Below, piece after piece: positions 9,902 through 19,312 of a stretch of DNA of 64,000 nt. Position 1 is the first letter of the stretch. Each line of letters starts with the position of its first letter. The position numbers and the translations under genes are program-made. The notes beneath the pieces are model-generated. The model had not been told where the DNA came from. It saw only the letters and a program-made list of their open reading frames with translations, and did not search any database. The stretch comes from Cyclobacteriaceae bacterium (lineage in GTDB: Bacteria > Bacteroidota > Bacteroidia > Cytophagales > Cyclobacteriaceae), in contig JBFWZR010000008.1 of assembly GCA_050185175.1 (NCBI GenBank), positions 2,659 to 66,658 on the forward strand, given 5' to 3'.

Positions 9902-9929
9902 GACAACCTTAACTTAAAAAAACTAACAC

Positions 9930-12900
9930 ATGAAAAGACTTTTACCAGGTATGTTCATCCTCATGTTCGCTGCGGCCAGCGCAGTGTTCGGACAGGGAGT
10001 AACTACCGCCACACTCAGTGGTAAAGTGACGGATGCAACTGGTTCGGAATTGCCAGGTGCAAATGTGATTGCTGTTCACCAGCCTTCTGGAACACAGTAC
10101 GGTACTTCTACAAGAACTGATGGGAAGTATATATTTCCGAATGCAAGGGTAGGTGGACCTTACACGGTTACATTCTCTTTCGTGGGATATCAAGAATCGA
10201 AAAGAGAAAACGTTTACCTAAGTCTTGGACAAACTTTTGAACTGAACGTTCAACTGTCAGAAGCAGCTACAGAACTCAGTGAGCTCATCGTGCAGTCAAG
10301 CAGGGATGATCTTTTCAATGGAGAGAGAACGGGGGCTGCAACGAATATTTCTGTAGAACAAATTAATGTATTGCCAACCGTTGGAAGGAACATCACGGAT
10401 TTTGTTAGGGTTACACCCCAGGCGTCAGTGACTACCAACCAGGGTATCTCCATCGCAGGAGCAAACAACCGTTACAATTCGATTTTCATCGATGGTGCAG
10501 TAAATAATGATGTATTCGGACTTTCAGAAACTGGAACCAATGGAGGTCAGGCAAACAGCATCAGCCCAATCAGTATTGATGCCATCGAGGAATTTCAAGT
10601 GGTAATCGCACCCTACGATGTGAAACTTGGTGGTTTTGCCGGAGGTGGAATAAACGCGGTAACGAGAAGTGGTAGCAACAATGTGGAAGGTTCGGTTTAT
10701 ACATTTATGCGCAATGAGGGTCTTGCGGGAAAAACTCCAACCGATGATCCAACGGTAACGCGCGAAAAACTAGCCGACTTTACAGCACAGACTACTGGCT
10801 TTCGGATTGGTGGACCAATCATGAAAAATAAATTGTTTTTCTTCCTTAACGGAGAAATTCAGAGAGATAAGACACCTCAGCCATTTCAATTTTCGTCTTA
10901 TAATGGAAATGCAACTCAGGCTGATCTGGATAACCTGGCCAATTTTCTTAGAACACAGTACGGCTACGATCCCGGTGGATTCCTTGACAACCCATCCGAG
11001 ACCAAAAGTGATAAATTTCTCGTGCGCCTTGATTACAATCTGAGCGACATTCATAAGTTGACTTTCCGCCATAGCTATACAAAGGGCGAGGCTTTCAAGA
11101 GAACTCGTTCTTCAAATTCTACGATCAACTTTGCTAACAATAGTGAATTCTTTCCAAGCACCACGAATTCTACAGCATTGGAATTAAAGAGTTCATTTTC
11201 AAATAACAGGTCGAACAACCTAATTCTAGGCTTTACAAATGTGTTGGATGATCGTGGAGCTATCGGGCAAGATTTTCCACGTGTTACAATCAGAGATGGT
11301 TCCAACAACATCATTTTTGGTACCGAACCATTTTCAACTACTAACCAGTTGAAGTCGAAGATTTTCACTGTAACTGATAACTATACCATCTACGGCAACA
11401 AGCACACATGGACATTTGGAACGCACAACGAGTATTCGTCCTTCTACAATGCCTTTATCGGTAACAACTACGGAACTTATACTTTCGGTGATCTTGCAAC
11501 TTTCCTAGCTGAAGGAAACTCAATCGACTATGAGCGAAGCTACTCTCTTGTAGATGCGAGATCTGGTGACGGCACGGCTGCTGCTGCCGAGTTCGAAACG
11601 TTGCAACTTGGCATTTATGCACAGGACGAAATTCAAATGAACGACCGACTAAAAATCACTGCTGGTCTTCGCCTTGATATTCCGATGTATCTGAACAATC
11701 CGAAAGAGGATACTTATTTCAACAATACAACTATTCCATTGTTGGAAGCAGCAGGTTACGATCTGAAAGGTGCGCGAGTAGGTGAGATGCCAGATCCGCA
11801 AATTATGTTTTCACCACGCCTTGGGTTCAACTATGACTTAAAAGGTGACAGAACAACGCAATTGCGCGGTGGTGTTGGTTTGTTTACTAGCCGCATTCCA
11901 TTTGTTTGGCCAGGTGCCAGCTACAACAACAACGGAATCTTAGTTGGACAGATTCCTGGATTCCCGAACCCAACAGTTCCTTTCAGACCAGATCCGTTCA
12001 ATCAGTATGTAGGTTCTGATCTGGGAGCAACTATCGCATCTCCTTCCGGTGATATCAACTTCTTCGAAAAGAAATTCAAGTTCCCACAGATATTCAGAGC
12101 GTCACTCGGCTTGGATAAGAAGTTGCCTGGAAATATCGTTGGGTCGTTGGAGGGTATCTACACCAAGACACTTAACAACGTAAACTATCAGCAGTTAAAC
12201 ATTTTTGAGCCAACGGTGAACCTTGCAGGTCAGGACAACAGACCGAGATGGAACAGAGGAGCTCGTATCGACAATACGTACAACAGGATTCTCCTGGGCA
12301 CTAACACAAATGAAGGCTACAGCTACAACATCACAGCACAACTAAGCAAATCATTTAATTCTGGATTCTCAGCTAACGTTGGATACACATTCGGTGAATC
12401 CAAAGTAATCAATGACAATACTTCTTCTCAGAACTCATCTCAGTGGAGATTTATTGAAAACGTAAATGGTAAGAATCGATTGGATTTAACTTACTCTGAC
12501 TTTGACCTTGGATCACGGATTATTGCAGGAGTTAACTATCGCAAGGAATATGGTGATCACTTTGCCACTACAATTTCTCTCTTCTACAACGGACAGTCTG
12601 GTGAGCGCTTCAGCTACATCTATAGAGGTCAACTTGCCAATGATGATCCAGGCTCAGGAAGTACAGAAGCTGACCTTATCTACGTACCAAGAAGCTACGC
12701 CACTTATGCAGAGGCATTGGCGGCTGGTGAAATCAGATTGTTGCCAATCACGGGTTCCAATGCAGTTTCACCTGAGCAACAGTGGTTGGATTTGAACGAG
12801 TATATTGAAAATGACGACTACTTGAGCACCAGAAGAGGTCGTTATGCCGAAAGAAATGGTTCACGTTTGCCCTTCACCAGTACTTTGGATTTGAGATTGT

Positions 12901-13172
12901 TGCAAGACTTCTACATTCAGACCGGTTCAAGACGTCATACGCTTCAGGTTAGTTTGGATATTTTCAATTTCACAAACATGTTGAACAAAGACTGGGGGCG
13001 GATTTATTTCCAAACAAACAACAACTTCCGGTTGATCGACTATGTGTCACTTGGCGCGGACAATATTCCAAACTTCCAGTTCAATAAGCCGACTACCAAC
13101 AAGAACATTGATGACTCAGGTTTAGTGAGTTCAAGATGGCAGGCGCAATTGGGTATCCGATATTCGTTCTAG
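9930..13172 (+). CDS. TonB-dependent receptor with N-terminal carboxypeptidase-regulatory-like domain (Oar-like)
   Basis: It has a signal peptide. A CarboxypepD_reg pattern reads GKVTDATGSELPGANV...TDGKYIFPNARVGGPYTVTFSFVGYQ. A plug-like region contains GRNITDF...IAGANNRYNSIFIDGA. The 1080-aa product ends in a barrel finishing QLGIRYSF. Confidence 0.9.
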   Translation: MKRLLPGMFILMFAAASAVFGQGVTTATLSGKVTDATGSELPGANVIAVHQPSGTQYGTSTRTDGKYIFPNARVGGPYTVTFSFVGYQESKRENVYLSLGQTFELNVQLSEAATELSELIVQSSRDDLFNGERTGAATNISVEQINVLPTVGRNITDFVRVTPQASVTTNQGISIAGANNRYNSIFIDGAVNNDVFGLSETGTNGGQANSISPISIDAIEEFQVVIAPYDVKLGGFAGGGINAVTRSGSNNVEGSVYTFMRNEGLAGKTPTDDPTVTREKLADFTAQTTGFRIGGPIMKNKLFFFLNGEIQRDKTPQPFQFSSYNGNATQADLDNLANFLRTQYGYDPGGFLDNPSETKSDKFLVRLDYNLSDIHKLTFRHSYTKGEAFKRTRSSNSTINFANNSEFFPSTTNSTALELKSSFSNNRSNNLILGFTNVLDDRGAIGQDFPRVTIRDGSNNIIFGTEPFSTTNQLKSKIFTVTDNYTIYGNKHTWTFGTHNEYSSFYNAFIGNNYGTYTFGDLATFLAEGNSIDYERSYSLVDARSGDGTAAAAEFETLQLGIYAQDEIQMNDRLKITAGLRLDIPMYLNNPKEDTYFNNTTIPLLEAAGYDLKGARVGEMPDPQIMFSPRLGFNYDLKGDRTTQLRGGVGLFTSRIPFVWPGASYNNNGILVGQIPGFPNPTVPFRPDPFNQYVGSDLGATIASPSGDINFFEKKFKFPQIFRASLGLDKKLPGNIVGSLEGIYTKTLNNVNYQQLNIFEPTVNLAGQDNRPRWNRGARIDNTYNRILLGTNTNEGYSYNITAQLSKSFNSGFSANVGYTFGESKVINDNTSSQNSSQWRFIENVNGKNRLDLTYSDFDLGSRIIAGVNYRKEYGDHFATTISLFYNGQSGERFSYIYRGQLANDDPGSGSTEADLIYVPRSYATYAEALAAGEIRLLPITGSNAVSPEQQWLDLNEYIENDDYLSTRRGRYAERNGSRLPFTSTLDLRLLQDFYIQTGSRRHTLQVSLDIFNFTNMLNKDWGRIYFQTNNNFRLIDYVSLGADNIPNFQFNKPTTNKNIDDSGLVSSRWQAQLGIRYSF

Positions 13173-13198
13173 CACTAGTCTACAGCGTTATATTGTGC

Positions 13199-13232
13199 GA
13201 AGGGGGTTCCGAAAGGGCCCCTTTCTTATTTT
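13199..13232 (+). terminator. rho-independent terminator after the TonB receptor gene
   Basis: In gaaGGGGgttccgaaagggCCCCtttcttatttt, a GC stem is followed by a T-rich tract 27 nt after the stop. Confidence 0.5.
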
Positions 13233-13257
13233 GACGATTAATGGTTATTTTCAATAC

Positions 13258-14706
13258 ATGTCATCGCACTGGATTGGAAAAAAGACCTTTGTCGCACTCC
13301 TGCTGATTGGTTTATCGTGCGAACAAGCTCCCGTCCAGTCACCTCAGAAATCAAAAGGGCTTATAGAGGACCCAAAGGTGCGGGTTGATCTCGAAGAGAT
13401 TCGAAGCAAAGGTCACCTGAATGCGCTTGTCGACAATAACTCGATGAGTTATTTCTATTACAAAGGCGGACCCGTTGGATTTGAATACGAACTTCTGAGT
13501 CGCTTCTGCAGACACTTGGGGGTGGATCTTAAAATTACCGTTATCACCAGTATCGAGGATGCTGTTAATATGTTGAACAATGGTACGGGTGATATCATTG
13601 CCTTTCCGCTGACCGTGACCAGCGAGCGAACACGTGTCGTAAACTTTGCGGAAACATTGTTCACTACTAGTCAGGTTCTTGTCCAAAGAAAGCCAGCCAA
13701 TTGGCAGGAGAATCCATTTCTTGCTGAGAAGAGTCTGATCCGAGATCCTTCCGAACTTATTGGTCAGCCAGTTTATGTAAAATATGGTTCATCATTCAAG
13801 GAACGTTTGGAACACTTATCTGAAGAAATTGGAGGAGAGATCAATATTATTGAAGACAGTGCATCGTCTGAGACCGAGTCACTGATAAAACAAGTGGCCG
13901 AAGGGCAAATTGATTATACGGTTACCGATCAAACCATCGCGATGGTGAACGCAGCCTACTATCCCAACCTGGATGTGAATACGCCCGTGAGCCTGTTGCA
14001 ACGCATTGCCTGGGCGGTGAGAAAGAATTCACCCGAGTTGCTTGATGCAATTAATGGATGGCTTTCGATCGTAAAACGTGACGGTACCTTTAAAGTGATC
14101 TACGATCGCTATTTCAATAGTCCACGAACATCTGTAAAACGAAAGGAGAGTGATTTTTCATCATTAGGTGGAAACAAGATCTCTGTTTATGACGATTTGA
14201 TAAAGGAGAAAGCGGAGGAACTGGGTTGGGATTGGCGTTTGCTCGCGTCAATGATCTATCAGGAGTCGACATTTATACCTAATGCAGAATCCTGGGCGGG
14301 CGCACGAGGACTTATGCAGTTGATGCCGTCAACCGGAAAATATTATGGGGCGAAAGATTTACTGGATCCCACTCAAAACATTTTGGCAGGAGTAAATTTT
14401 TTGAAATTTTTAGATCGCCAATGGAGCAAGACTATTAGTGACCCGCAGGAACGCATAAAATTTATGCTTGCTTCCTACAATGTGGGGTTCTCACATGTGA
14501 TTGATGCAAGAAATCTTACCCGGAAATACAAGGGCAATCCAACACTATGGGAGGGAGAAGTTGAACAATATTTGCTGTTGAAGTCAGACCCTAAATTTTA
14601 TCGAGATCCGATCGTGAAGGCGGGGTATTGTCGATGCGAAGAGCCCGTAAAATATGTGAAGGAAATACTTGAGCGCTTCGAGGAGTATAAGCGATATATC
14701 AATTAG
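13258..14706 (+). CDS. mltF: MltF-like lytic transglycosylase (solute-binding-protein-like domain fused to SLT domain)
   Basis: The C-terminal SLT motifs are QESTFIPNAESWAGARGLMQLMPSTG and ASYNVG. The N-terminal half is SBP_bac_3-like. I chose the ATG at 13258 because the GTG at 13195 lies inside the upstream terminator. Confidence 0.75.
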   Translation: MSSHWIGKKTFVALLLIGLSCEQAPVQSPQKSKGLIEDPKVRVDLEEIRSKGHLNALVDNNSMSYFYYKGGPVGFEYELLSRFCRHLGVDLKITVITSIEDAVNMLNNGTGDIIAFPLTVTSERTRVVNFAETLFTTSQVLVQRKPANWQENPFLAEKSLIRDPSELIGQPVYVKYGSSFKERLEHLSEEIGGEINIIEDSASSETESLIKQVAEGQIDYTVTDQTIAMVNAAYYPNLDVNTPVSLLQRIAWAVRKNSPELLDAINGWLSIVKRDGTFKVIYDRYFNSPRTSVKRKESDFSSLGGNKISVYDDLIKEKAEELGWDWRLLASMIYQESTFIPNAESWAGARGLMQLMPSTGKYYGAKDLLDPTQNILAGVNFLKFLDRQWSKTISDPQERIKFMLASYNVGFSHVIDARNLTRKYKGNPTLWEGEVEQYLLLKSDPKFYRDPIVKAGYCRCEEPVKYVKEILERFEEYKRYIN

Positions 14707-16057
14707 CCTTAAGCGTATTGAGCTGATCGACAATCTCTCTAAAGTTCAATTGTTCCCAATTGGTTTTTATGTCCGGTTTGGCCATTACTTTATCCATCAC
14801 TTTTCTCTGCAGGGAACCATTCAGTAGTGCTTCGCTATAGCGCATGTCTTCGCGGAAAGTAACCATTGAATAAAGTGGCACCCATTCATCAGGAAATAGA
14901 TCATGAAGTCGGGATTCAATCTTTTTTCGAAGCAGGAAATCTTCATCTCCCACCAAGTCGCGCATTTCTATGAAGTTGTCTAATGCTAGTTGAGCAATAG
15001 CATCGTTGTCCGGTTTTCTTAGTTCTTGGAACTTAGGTAAAACATCATCCCAGTTGTCATCAAATTCATCCAGCAATTGGTTCAACACAAAACAGTCTTC
15101 AAACCCCGCATTCATTCCTTGTCCGTAGAAAGGGACAACACCGTGCGCGGCATCACCAATCAACAATACGTTATTTTTCACCCATGGGTAGGAGCGAATA
15201 GTCACCAGCGAGGATGTGGAGTTATCGCGGAAATCCTCAAGTAATGTTGGCATCAGCGAAAGCGTATCGGGAAAATGAGTTTCAAAGAATGAAGTGATGT
15301 CTGATTTCTTTTTCAACTTTTCAAATGAATTTTCGCCTTCGTTGGGTAAGAACAGCGTGCAGGTGAATGTAGCGTCAGGATTGGGCAACGCAATAAGCAT
15401 AAAACTTTCTCTTGGCCAAATGTGAAGCGAATTCTTGGCAATCATAAACGATCCGTTCTCTGCGGGTGGAATTCGTAGCTCCTTGTAGCTGTGCCCAAGA
15501 ACATCCTCTGATGCCGTTACTGTTCCGTCTGCCTGCATGGCTGATCGTACGGCCGAAAAGGCTCCATCAGCACCAATGATCAAATCAAACTTGCGCGTCA
15601 TGTGAGAACCATACGTTTGAAACTTGATGGCAGTGTTGTCGAAGTCGACACCTTCGCACCTGTATTCATAGAAGAAGTGTGTTCCCCTCTTCTCCGCTTC
15701 ATCCATCAGCATCATGTTCAGGCCGCTACGCGAAACAGAATTAATGAATTGCCCTTCTTTGCCGTAAGGCTGAAAGGTAAGGCCACCTGAAACATTATGG
15801 ATCATGCGCCCATTCATTGGGATCGCAACCCTTTTCATTGGATCAGCCAGACCCACTGCTTCAAGTGCCCGAATGCCGCGATTGCTCAGTGCCAGGTTGA
15901 TTGACCTGCCCGCATCTAACACATGTTCGCGCATGTTAGGGCGCCTTTCAAATACAGTAACTTTGTATCCCCGCTTTACCAGATAGATGGAGAGCAGAGA
16001 ACCGACAAGTCCTGCACCCACGATCGCAATATTCTTGTCTGTATTCATTTGAGTCAA
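14699..16057 (-). CDS. kmo: kynurenine 3-monooxygenase (FAD-dependent)
   Basis: The FAD fingerprint is IVGAGLVGSL. GADGAFSAVRS and GDAAHGVVPFYGQGMNAGFED are characteristic of KMO. Confidence 0.85.
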   Translation of the reverse strand: MTQMNTDKNIAIVGAGLVGSLLSIYLVKRGYKVTVFERRPNMREHVLDAGRSINLALSNRGIRALEAVGLADPMKRVAIPMNGRMIHNVSGGLTFQPYGKEGQFINSVSRSGLNMMLMDEAEKRGTHFFYEYRCEGVDFDNTAIKFQTYGSHMTRKFDLIIGADGAFSAVRSAMQADGTVTASEDVLGHSYKELRIPPAENGSFMIAKNSLHIWPRESFMLIALPNPDATFTCTLFLPNEGENSFEKLKKKSDITSFFETHFPDTLSLMPTLLEDFRDNSTSSLVTIRSYPWVKNNVLLIGDAAHGVVPFYGQGMNAGFEDCFVLNQLLDEFDDNWDDVLPKFQELRKPDNDAIAQLALDNFIEMRDLVGDEDFLLRKKIESRLHDLFPDEWVPLYSMVTFREDMRYSEALLNGSLQRKVMDKVMAKPDIKTNWEQLNFREIVDQLNTLKAN

Positions 16058-16116
16058 AATATTGTGTTGTAACTAATTACAAAGAATCTCGCGTGATAAA
16101 AATGAGAATTATCAGC

Positions 16117-17388
16117 TTAATCCTTCAGAAGTGCTCCAAACACCGATGCAAAAGTGTATACATCGGTGAATGAATTGTATAGCGGCACCGGTGCAGCCCT
16201 GATCACATTGGGTTCACGCCAGTCCGTGTGAATACCTTTTTTTACCAGGCCATTGAAAATTTTTTTGCCACTCTTTTTCATCAAAATAGATAGTTGACAC
16301 CCTCGCATGGAAGGACTTGAAGGCGTGATGACTTCAAATAATTTCTTTGAGCTGTCCAATTCATTGAGAAGAAAGTGTAGGTATCCTGTCAGCAGGAAAC
16401 TCTTCTTTCTGAGCTGTGCCATGGAGGTAGAATCAAAAACCTGTAACGATGCCAGGTGGGCGGCACTCGCAAGGATGGGTACATTCGAAAGTTGCCAGCC
16501 ATCAGCTCCAGCCATTGGCTTAAATCCTTTCTTCATTTGAAATCTTTCGTTTTCAGAATGTCCCCACCAGCCGGCAAATCTTGGTATGCTCGTATTGTTT
16601 TTATGTCGTTCGTGAATGAATGCGCCCGCAATACCTCCGGGGCCAGAGTTAAGGTATTTATAACTGCACCACACCGCAAAGTCCACATCATCCTTGTGGA
16701 GCTGTAACGGTACGTTTCCAACTGCATGCGCGAGATCAAATCCAGCGATCGCCCCTGCTTCGTGCGCAGCTTTGGTGATTTTTTTGATCTCAAAAAATTG
16801 GCCACTGTAATATTGTACACCGGGAAGTAACACCAGGGCAAGTTGGTCGCCATGTTCTTTGATCGCTGCTATTATATCTTCAGTGCGAAGTGTATGTTCA
16901 TCCGGTCTTGGTTTTAATTCAATCAGTGTGTCACTTGGATTGAGTTGATGAAACTGAATTTGGGTTTCAACAGCGTATTGATCTGACGAGAATGCTCCCG
17001 ACTCTATGATAATTTTAAATCTCTTTTTAGTTGGACGATAAAAGGAGACCATCATCAGGTGAAGGTTCACCGTAAGTTGATTCATGGCCACTACCTCCAG
17101 TGGCTTTGCGCCCACAAGTTTGGCTAAAACTTTCTTGCTGAACTTATGATAATACAGCCACGGCCGCTTCCCATGAAAATGTCCTTCAACGGCCAAACTG
17201 GCCCAGTCATCAAGTTCTTCGTTTACAAATTTCCTTGTTGTTTTCGGTTGAAGCCCCAACGAGTTGCCAACGAAGTAGACGACTGATTTTCCGTTGTGCC
17301 TGGGTACTTCAAAATCTTTTCTACGTAATGCCAACGGATCCTGCTGATCAAGTTTCCGGGCAAAAGCAAGTGAATTTTCAAACTTCAT
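16117..17388 (-). CDS. kynU: kynureninase
   Basis: The PLP-lysine context is WCSYKYLNSGPGG. The length (423 aa) and N-terminal region are typical of kynureninase. Confidence 0.9.
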   Translation of the reverse strand: MKFENSLAFARKLDQQDPLALRRKDFEVPRHNGKSVVYFVGNSLGLQPKTTRKFVNEELDDWASLAVEGHFHGKRPWLYYHKFSKKVLAKLVGAKPLEVVAMNQLTVNLHLMMVSFYRPTKKRFKIIIESGAFSSDQYAVETQIQFHQLNPSDTLIELKPRPDEHTLRTEDIIAAIKEHGDQLALVLLPGVQYYSGQFFEIKKITKAAHEAGAIAGFDLAHAVGNVPLQLHKDDVDFAVWCSYKYLNSGPGGIAGAFIHERHKNNTSIPRFAGWWGHSENERFQMKKGFKPMAGADGWQLSNVPILASAAHLASLQVFDSTSMAQLRKKSFLLTGYLHFLLNELDSSKKLFEVITPSSPSMRGCQLSILMKKSGKKIFNGLVKKGIHTDWREPNVIRAAPVPLYNSFTDVYTFASVFGALLKD

Positions 17389-17436
17389 GAGTGTAATAAC
17401 AAGAGCGACACCAAGTTGTTGAACTCGGTTCTTAAT

Positions 17437-17913
17437 TCAAAATAAATCAAGTTGATCCGCGAGGGCGCCTTCGTGTTTCAGCAGCCAGAGTTTGTTATCA
17501 AGACCTCCCCCGTATCCCACGAGGCTGCCATCTTTGCCAATTACCCTATGACAGGGAATAATAATCGCGATTGGGTTCTGACCGTTGGCAAGTCCCACCG
17601 CACGAATGGCCTTCAAGTTGCCGAGTCTCGTGGCCAACTCGGCATAACTAATAGTTCTGCCATAGGGTATATCGAGTAACGCGCTCCAAACTTGTTTTTG
17701 AAACTCGGTGCCATCGGCTTCCAGAGGTACGGTAAAGAATTTTCTGGAGCCAGCGAAATATTCCTCCAACTCCTGACGACATTGTTTGGTTTGTGGAGTC
17801 TCCTGTTCAGGCTCCCTGCGTTCCTTTAGAAAATTTACAGTTGTGATAAAGTCACCGCGTGATCGGATTTCCAGATCGCCCACTGGAGTTTCGAGGTAGG
17901 TAATACCTTCCAC
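17437..17913 (-). CDS. ogt: methylated-DNA--protein-cysteine methyltransferase
   Basis: The active site is IIIPCHRVIG (PCHR motif). The GTG start lies 1 nt after the 3-HAO stop. Confidence 0.85.
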   Translation of the reverse strand: MEGITYLETPVGDLEIRSRGDFITTVNFLKERREPEQETPQTKQCRQELEEYFAGSRKFFTVPLEADGTEFQKQVWSALLDIPYGRTISYAELATRLGNLKAIRAVGLANGQNPIAIIIPCHRVIGKDGSLVGYGGGLDNKLWLLKHEGALADQLDLF

Positions 17914-17914
17914 C

Positions 17915-18442
17915 CTATACGAACCGTGGGTCAGCTTCCATCACCTTTCCGCACTTGGAGCAGGTTCTGAATTCTTCTGATGCGTAAAATTCCTTGAAAC
18001 GAGGTAGGAAGTCTTTTTCAATATTGGTCAAATGAAACTTGTACTCCTTCAATTTGTTGTTGCAGTCTTCGCAAAACCACATTAAGCCATCATCTTCGTT
18101 TGCAGTTCGCTTGCACTCAATGACCAATCCGACCGAGTTCGCTGGCCTTGCAGGTTGATGAGGAACTCGGGCAGGCAGCAGAAACATCTCACCTTCTTTA
18201 ATTGGAATTTCCACAGCTTTTCCATCTTCCTGGATCGTCACCTTAATATCTCCCTCAAGCTGGTAAAACAACTCTTCTGTTTCGTTATAATGGTAGTCCT
18301 TTCTCGCATTGGGTCCACCCACAATCATTACGATATAGTCTCCAGCATCAGCATAGAGATTCTTGTTACCGACAGGAGGCTTGAGCAAATCCCGGTTGTC
18401 ACTTATCCATTGCTTTAGATTAAAAGGTCTGCGAATAGCCAT
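17915..18442 (-). CDS. 3-hydroxyanthranilate 3,4-dioxygenase
   Basis: The cupin core contains HYNETEELFYQLEG and LLPARVPHQP. The C-terminal Cys4 (rubredoxin-like) site is CEDC...CSKC, as in bacterial 3-HAO. Confidence 0.9.
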   Translation of the reverse strand: MAIRRPFNLKQWISDNRDLLKPPVGNKNLYADAGDYIVMIVGGPNARKDYHYNETEELFYQLEGDIKVTIQEDGKAVEIPIKEGEMFLLPARVPHQPARPANSVGLVIECKRTANEDDGLMWFCEDCNNKLKEYKFHLTNIEKDFLPRFKEFYASEEFRTCSKCGKVMEADPRFV

Positions 18443-18521
18443 GGTATTTCATTTAATTTTCGGTAAGTAAAGCTAACAAGATTTTGAGTCTTATATTTAC
18501 AAAAACAAGACAATCAGCGAA

Positions 18522-19307
18522 ATGGATTTGAATTTAGGCGGGAAAAGAGCTGTGGTTTGTGGTGCTACTCAGGGTATCGGAAAGGCTGCGGCAATCGAAC
18601 TGGCTCGCCTTGGTGCTCATGTCACTTTGTTTGCAAGAGATGAAGACAAACTGAAAAAATTAGTGGAAGAACTGCCGGCAACAAGCAACCAGAAACATGA
18701 ATATTTGGTGGCGGACTTTACCATGCCGGATGATGTCAAACTTACTGCTGATATTTATTCGCAAAGTAATGCCGTTCATATTCTGATAAACAACACTGGC
18801 GGCCCACCTGCCGGCACGGCAATAGAAGCACGAGCATTTGAATTTGTAAATGCATTTCAATCACACGTCATCTGCAACCAGTATCTGGTTCAGGCTTTCG
18901 TTCCTGCGATGAAGAAGGCAAAGTATGGACGCATCATCAATATTATTTCTACTTCTGTAAAGGCTCCGATCCGTGGACTTGGAGTTTCAAATACGATACG
19001 AGGTGCAGTTGCCAATTGGGCAAAAACGCTTTCTTTTGAGTTGGGTGGCTTTGGGATCACGGTAAATAATGTTTTACCGGGAGCAACAATGACATCAAGG
19101 CTGGAAGCAATTATCAAAGGCAAAGCCAAAAGTTCCGGTAAATCAGAGGATGAAGTGAAACAAGAGATGGTGGATGAGATACCTGCGGGAAGAATCGGGG
19201 AAGCGCAGGAGGTGGCGTCAGCGATTGCATTCCTTGCTTCACCGGCAGCATCTTATATCAATGGCATCAACGTGCCTGTTGACGGAGGCAGAACAGGGAA
19301 CCTGTAA
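18522..19307 (+). CDS. SDR-family oxidoreductase, atypical (no canonical YxxxK)
   Basis: The Rossmann motif is VCGATQGIGKAAA, followed by NNTGG. At the position of YxxxK the sequence reads S-N-T-I-R (GVSNTIRGAVANWAKTL). Confidence 0.8.
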   Translation: MDLNLGGKRAVVCGATQGIGKAAAIELARLGAHVTLFARDEDKLKKLVEELPATSNQKHEYLVADFTMPDDVKLTADIYSQSNAVHILINNTGGPPAGTAIEARAFEFVNAFQSHVICNQYLVQAFVPAMKKAKYGRIINIISTSVKAPIRGLGVSNTIRGAVANWAKTLSFELGGFGITVNNVLPGATMTSRLEAIIKGKAKSSGKSEDEVKQEMVDEIPAGRIGEAQEVASAIAFLASPAASYINGINVPVDGGRTGNL

Positions 19308-19312
19308 TCGCA

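Noticed and set aside
9581-9929. A possible cobalamin or other riboswitch upstream of a TonB-dependent receptor.
   Set aside because: I could not find a B12-box-like element or the conserved cores of TPP, SAM, FMN or glycine riboswitches. Only generic hairpins are present.
13195-13257. N-terminal extensions produced by upstream TTG/GTG codons in the ORF track. Besides this one they are at 1996-2022, 4653-4694, 21388-20, 37134-39, 40662-40763, 43956-91 and 49895-900.
   Set aside because: In each case a downstream ATG or GTG yields a canonical signal peptide, lipobox or conserved N-terminus. The extension either overlaps a terminator or lacks any feature. I used the shorter models.
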